A DNA stretch of 64,000 nt from Kudoa neothunni (taxonomy: Eukaryota; Animalia; Cnidaria). Every line of letters begins with the position of its first letter. Position 1 is the first letter of the stretch. Under the pieces are notes generated by a model. The model worked only from the letters and a program-made list of their open reading frames with translations, made no database searches and was not told where the DNA came from. A program made the position numbers and the translations under genes. This document shows positions 61,238-64,000 of the stretch, one piece after another. Location of the stretch: the NCBI GenBank assembly GCA_964304625.1, contig OZ199840.1, forward strand, positions 3,944,490 through 4,008,489. The letters are read 5' to 3'.

Positions 61238-63309
61238 ATGGATATCACTAATATTCTCCAGGCCACAGTGTCAAATGGTAGGTTTTTGTTATAAGATTGG
61301 ATTAAGAAATATCACTGAATTTCAATAATGTCGTTCTATCGATCACTCTAATCAATATTACCTAGTTCAACGGGAGAGAGATGATGCATTGAGGTTTTTG
61401 GAGGAAGCATCACTCAACAATTGGGTAGGTTTGTGTTTTACGCTGATAAAGTGCTTAATTGTCTTCCATTTCAAATAGGATGGTTTGTTGGTGACACTTT
61501 CGAATTATGTTGCGGATTCATCCAACCCGGTGTTATTCCGAACTGCGGCCGGAATTCACTTTAAAAATTGTTTATCCTCAAAAAATAAAAACATATACAA
61601 AAATATATGCAATCGCTGGATGATGCTTCCGGTAGAAACGCGCCAAAACATAAAACAACATTTGTTACGAGCACTTAACGAGGCCACCGTGAAATCTACG
61701 TTCATTTCCCAGGTATTTAATGCAGCATTTCTTTGATTATTATTTTCTGTCTGATTTTTCTGTTAGTGTATTGCTAGTATTGTGGCAATAGAGTTTCCAC
61801 AGAAAGAATGGTTTGATCTATTGCAGATTTTTCTCGCTATTATTAAAAACGAAACCGTATCTGTTGTGGTGAAATTTAGTGTGTTGGAGTGTGTGGATTT
61901 TATCTGCCAAGATTTGGTAATGAATGTCATAATTGCGTCCGGAACCAAAAAATATCTCTAATTAATATTTATCTGTAGGCGTTGTATATTTTGGAGCCGG
62001 TCTCCGGACAAATATTTGATATTATTATCACCGCAATAAACAAATATCCTGAATGCATGTATATTTTAGTGATAAATTAAATGTTTATTGAATATCATTC
62101 ATCTTGCATGTGTATGTATATGTGTGTGTGTGTGTGTGCGTTTAGTGAAATCAACCTCTTCTCCATGCGAGCTATGTTGAGTGCCGTAAAATTCGCCTCC
62201 AAGGAATTCTCAAATGTGGAACACAGGAATCACCTCATGGAAGTTACTTGTAAAGCCACTCAATCCACTAATATGGAGGTATTGTTTTTTGTGGTCTAAT
62301 CACATTGTAACAAAATGTGTAGATAAGTGTCTGTGCTATGCAAACGTTGGTTCGTATTGTTTCTTTCTATTATCACGTGCTCGAAAATTATATGAATGCT
62401 TTGTTTCAAGTTGATTGGTTGGATTGTGTGCTTTTAATTTTAATCCCTATATTAGATCACCATGGCAGCAATTAAGAGTAATTGTGATGAGCTTATACTA
62501 CAAGGGATTGAATTTTGGTCTACATTGTGCGACGAAGAAGTTGAACTTAACGAAGCTGTTCGAGTAATTTTATTAGTCTATCAAATCGACTTCTGTCTGA
62601 CACCACATGACTCATGATTACTTAATTGGGATTGAATAAAATTAATTGTTCATTCTAGAATGGAATAATCGAACAGGCCAATGGAAGCAAGATGTATGCC
62701 ATGGGATCGTTGGAGTATTTGTTGCCATTATTGTTTGAAAAAATAGTTGAGGAGGTGAGTTGCGCGGATTTAATTGATAAAACTTTTGTCGTGTTTCTTC
62801 GAAATAATTCCGACCTATTATAACTAATTGTTTTGTATTAACTAAATTACAACTTCAATTAAAGTTCTAATAACGTTTTCAACTTGGAATCAACATAATA
62901 CTAGGACTTAATTTCGAAGAATAATTGGACATTATGTATGCTGCGCGCGCTTTGTTGATTTTTTATGCTCCTTAATATGTTATTATCCATGTAGGACGCT
63001 AATATTGATGACGATGATTGGAGACCGTCAAAAGCCGCGGGTGTTTGTATTATGCTGCTTGCGGTGAATATTGGAAATCCCATTGTTTCTTATGTGATGA
63101 ACTTTGTGTCCCAAAATATCAATAGTCCCAAATGGGAACGACGAAATGCGTCTTTGTTGGCATTTGGATCAGTTCTTCATGGTCCTGATCCCGAAATTTT
63201 TATGCAGACTATCATGTCAATAATTCCCACTATTCTGCAACTGATGAACGACCCTGTGCCCTCTGTTTGTGATTCTAGTGCCTGGGTGCTGGGAAGAATA
63301 TTTGAATAC
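61238..63309 (+). CDS. KPNB1: Importin subunit beta-1, 5' part, 10 exons: 61238-61277, 61366-61424, 61479-61712, 61767-61916, 61979-62058, 62146-62278, 62323-62409, 62456-62563, 62659-62754, 62995-63309; continues past the window
   Basis: [64 protein letters not shown]; all GT-AG and in frame. Confidence 0.95.
62109..62140 (+). repeat. (TG)n microsatellite in an importin-beta intron
   Basis: tgtgtatgtatatgtgtgtgtgtgtgtgtgcg just before the acceptor. Confidence 0.8.
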
Positions 63310-64000
63310 GTAAGTTTCGTTGTTATTCATTCACAAAAAACGAAATCATTTTCTAAAATTACTTCGTTAAATATTGGAATTACTCATTAACATTTTTAAT
63401 TATTTATTATAGTTGATTAAGCTATAATAATTTGTGCTTTGCTAAGGCAATTAATCTGCATTGTCATTTCAAAATACTTCCCAGCTTTCTGGTGTTCAGA
63501 ATTGATATGTTCAGTTCATAATTGTGTTTATCCCATTATTTTGATTTGATTAAATTAGACTGCTTGAAAATAAATACATAGCAGATGTAATTACGCTTGC
63601 GCTAAGTGAGAAACGGGTTTAATCTATAATAACCCAGAGGAAAAAAACTAAATTACATTAGTGAAATAATGAATTTTATTTGTATTCTAAGTTTTAAGTG
63701 CATAATGTGGATATTTCCTCGAGATATTGGAGGTCATAATATTTTTATAATTCATACAAACCTCTGATTCGGCTCATTTTTATGCTCATGTTATCGTTGG
63801 AATTAAAACTGGGGTTACAAAACCTATACTTTAAATTTTTTCTAGGTTTTAACAAGATAGTTTATATCGGCACTGTGAGTGTAAGTAATATTCGGTTGTT
63901 ATTAGTTTTGGCTATATTGATTTGACCTCTAAGGACAAATTTATGATTCGGGGATAATTTAATATAGCCGATTCTGAAAATTTAAAAATGAATGTTACTT

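Overview
Very AT-rich eukaryotic (animal) DNA. Compact genes with mostly 44-66 nt GT-AG introns sit as islands among decayed transposons. The divergent proteins and tiny introns suggest a reduced parasite such as a myxozoan cnidarian; this is inference only. Eight host genes could be spliced by hand: class I aldolase, S6 kinase (13 exons, one 6.07 kb TE-filled intron), Tim10, a canonical LAMP with an apparent 1-nt deletion, an RDH-like SDR, two tandem divergent LAMP-like membrane proteins lacking the lysosomal YxxPhi tail, and the 5' part of importin beta-1. Mobile DNA includes two short-LTR Ty3/Gypsy elements, a BEL/Pao fragment, a CGGBP1-like hAT, many hAT, piggyBac and pogo relics or MITEs, a Helitron with nested hAT and Mutator elements, and tRNA-like relics. 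The best leads are (1) the local LAMP-like family whose tandem copies seem to have lost lysosomal targeting, (2) an intact GGGAAAC -1 frameshift site with a predicted H-type pseudoknot in the first Gypsy element, and (3) the TSD-resolved nested TE stacks. All splicing, folding and similarity calls were made by eye, with no searches run.
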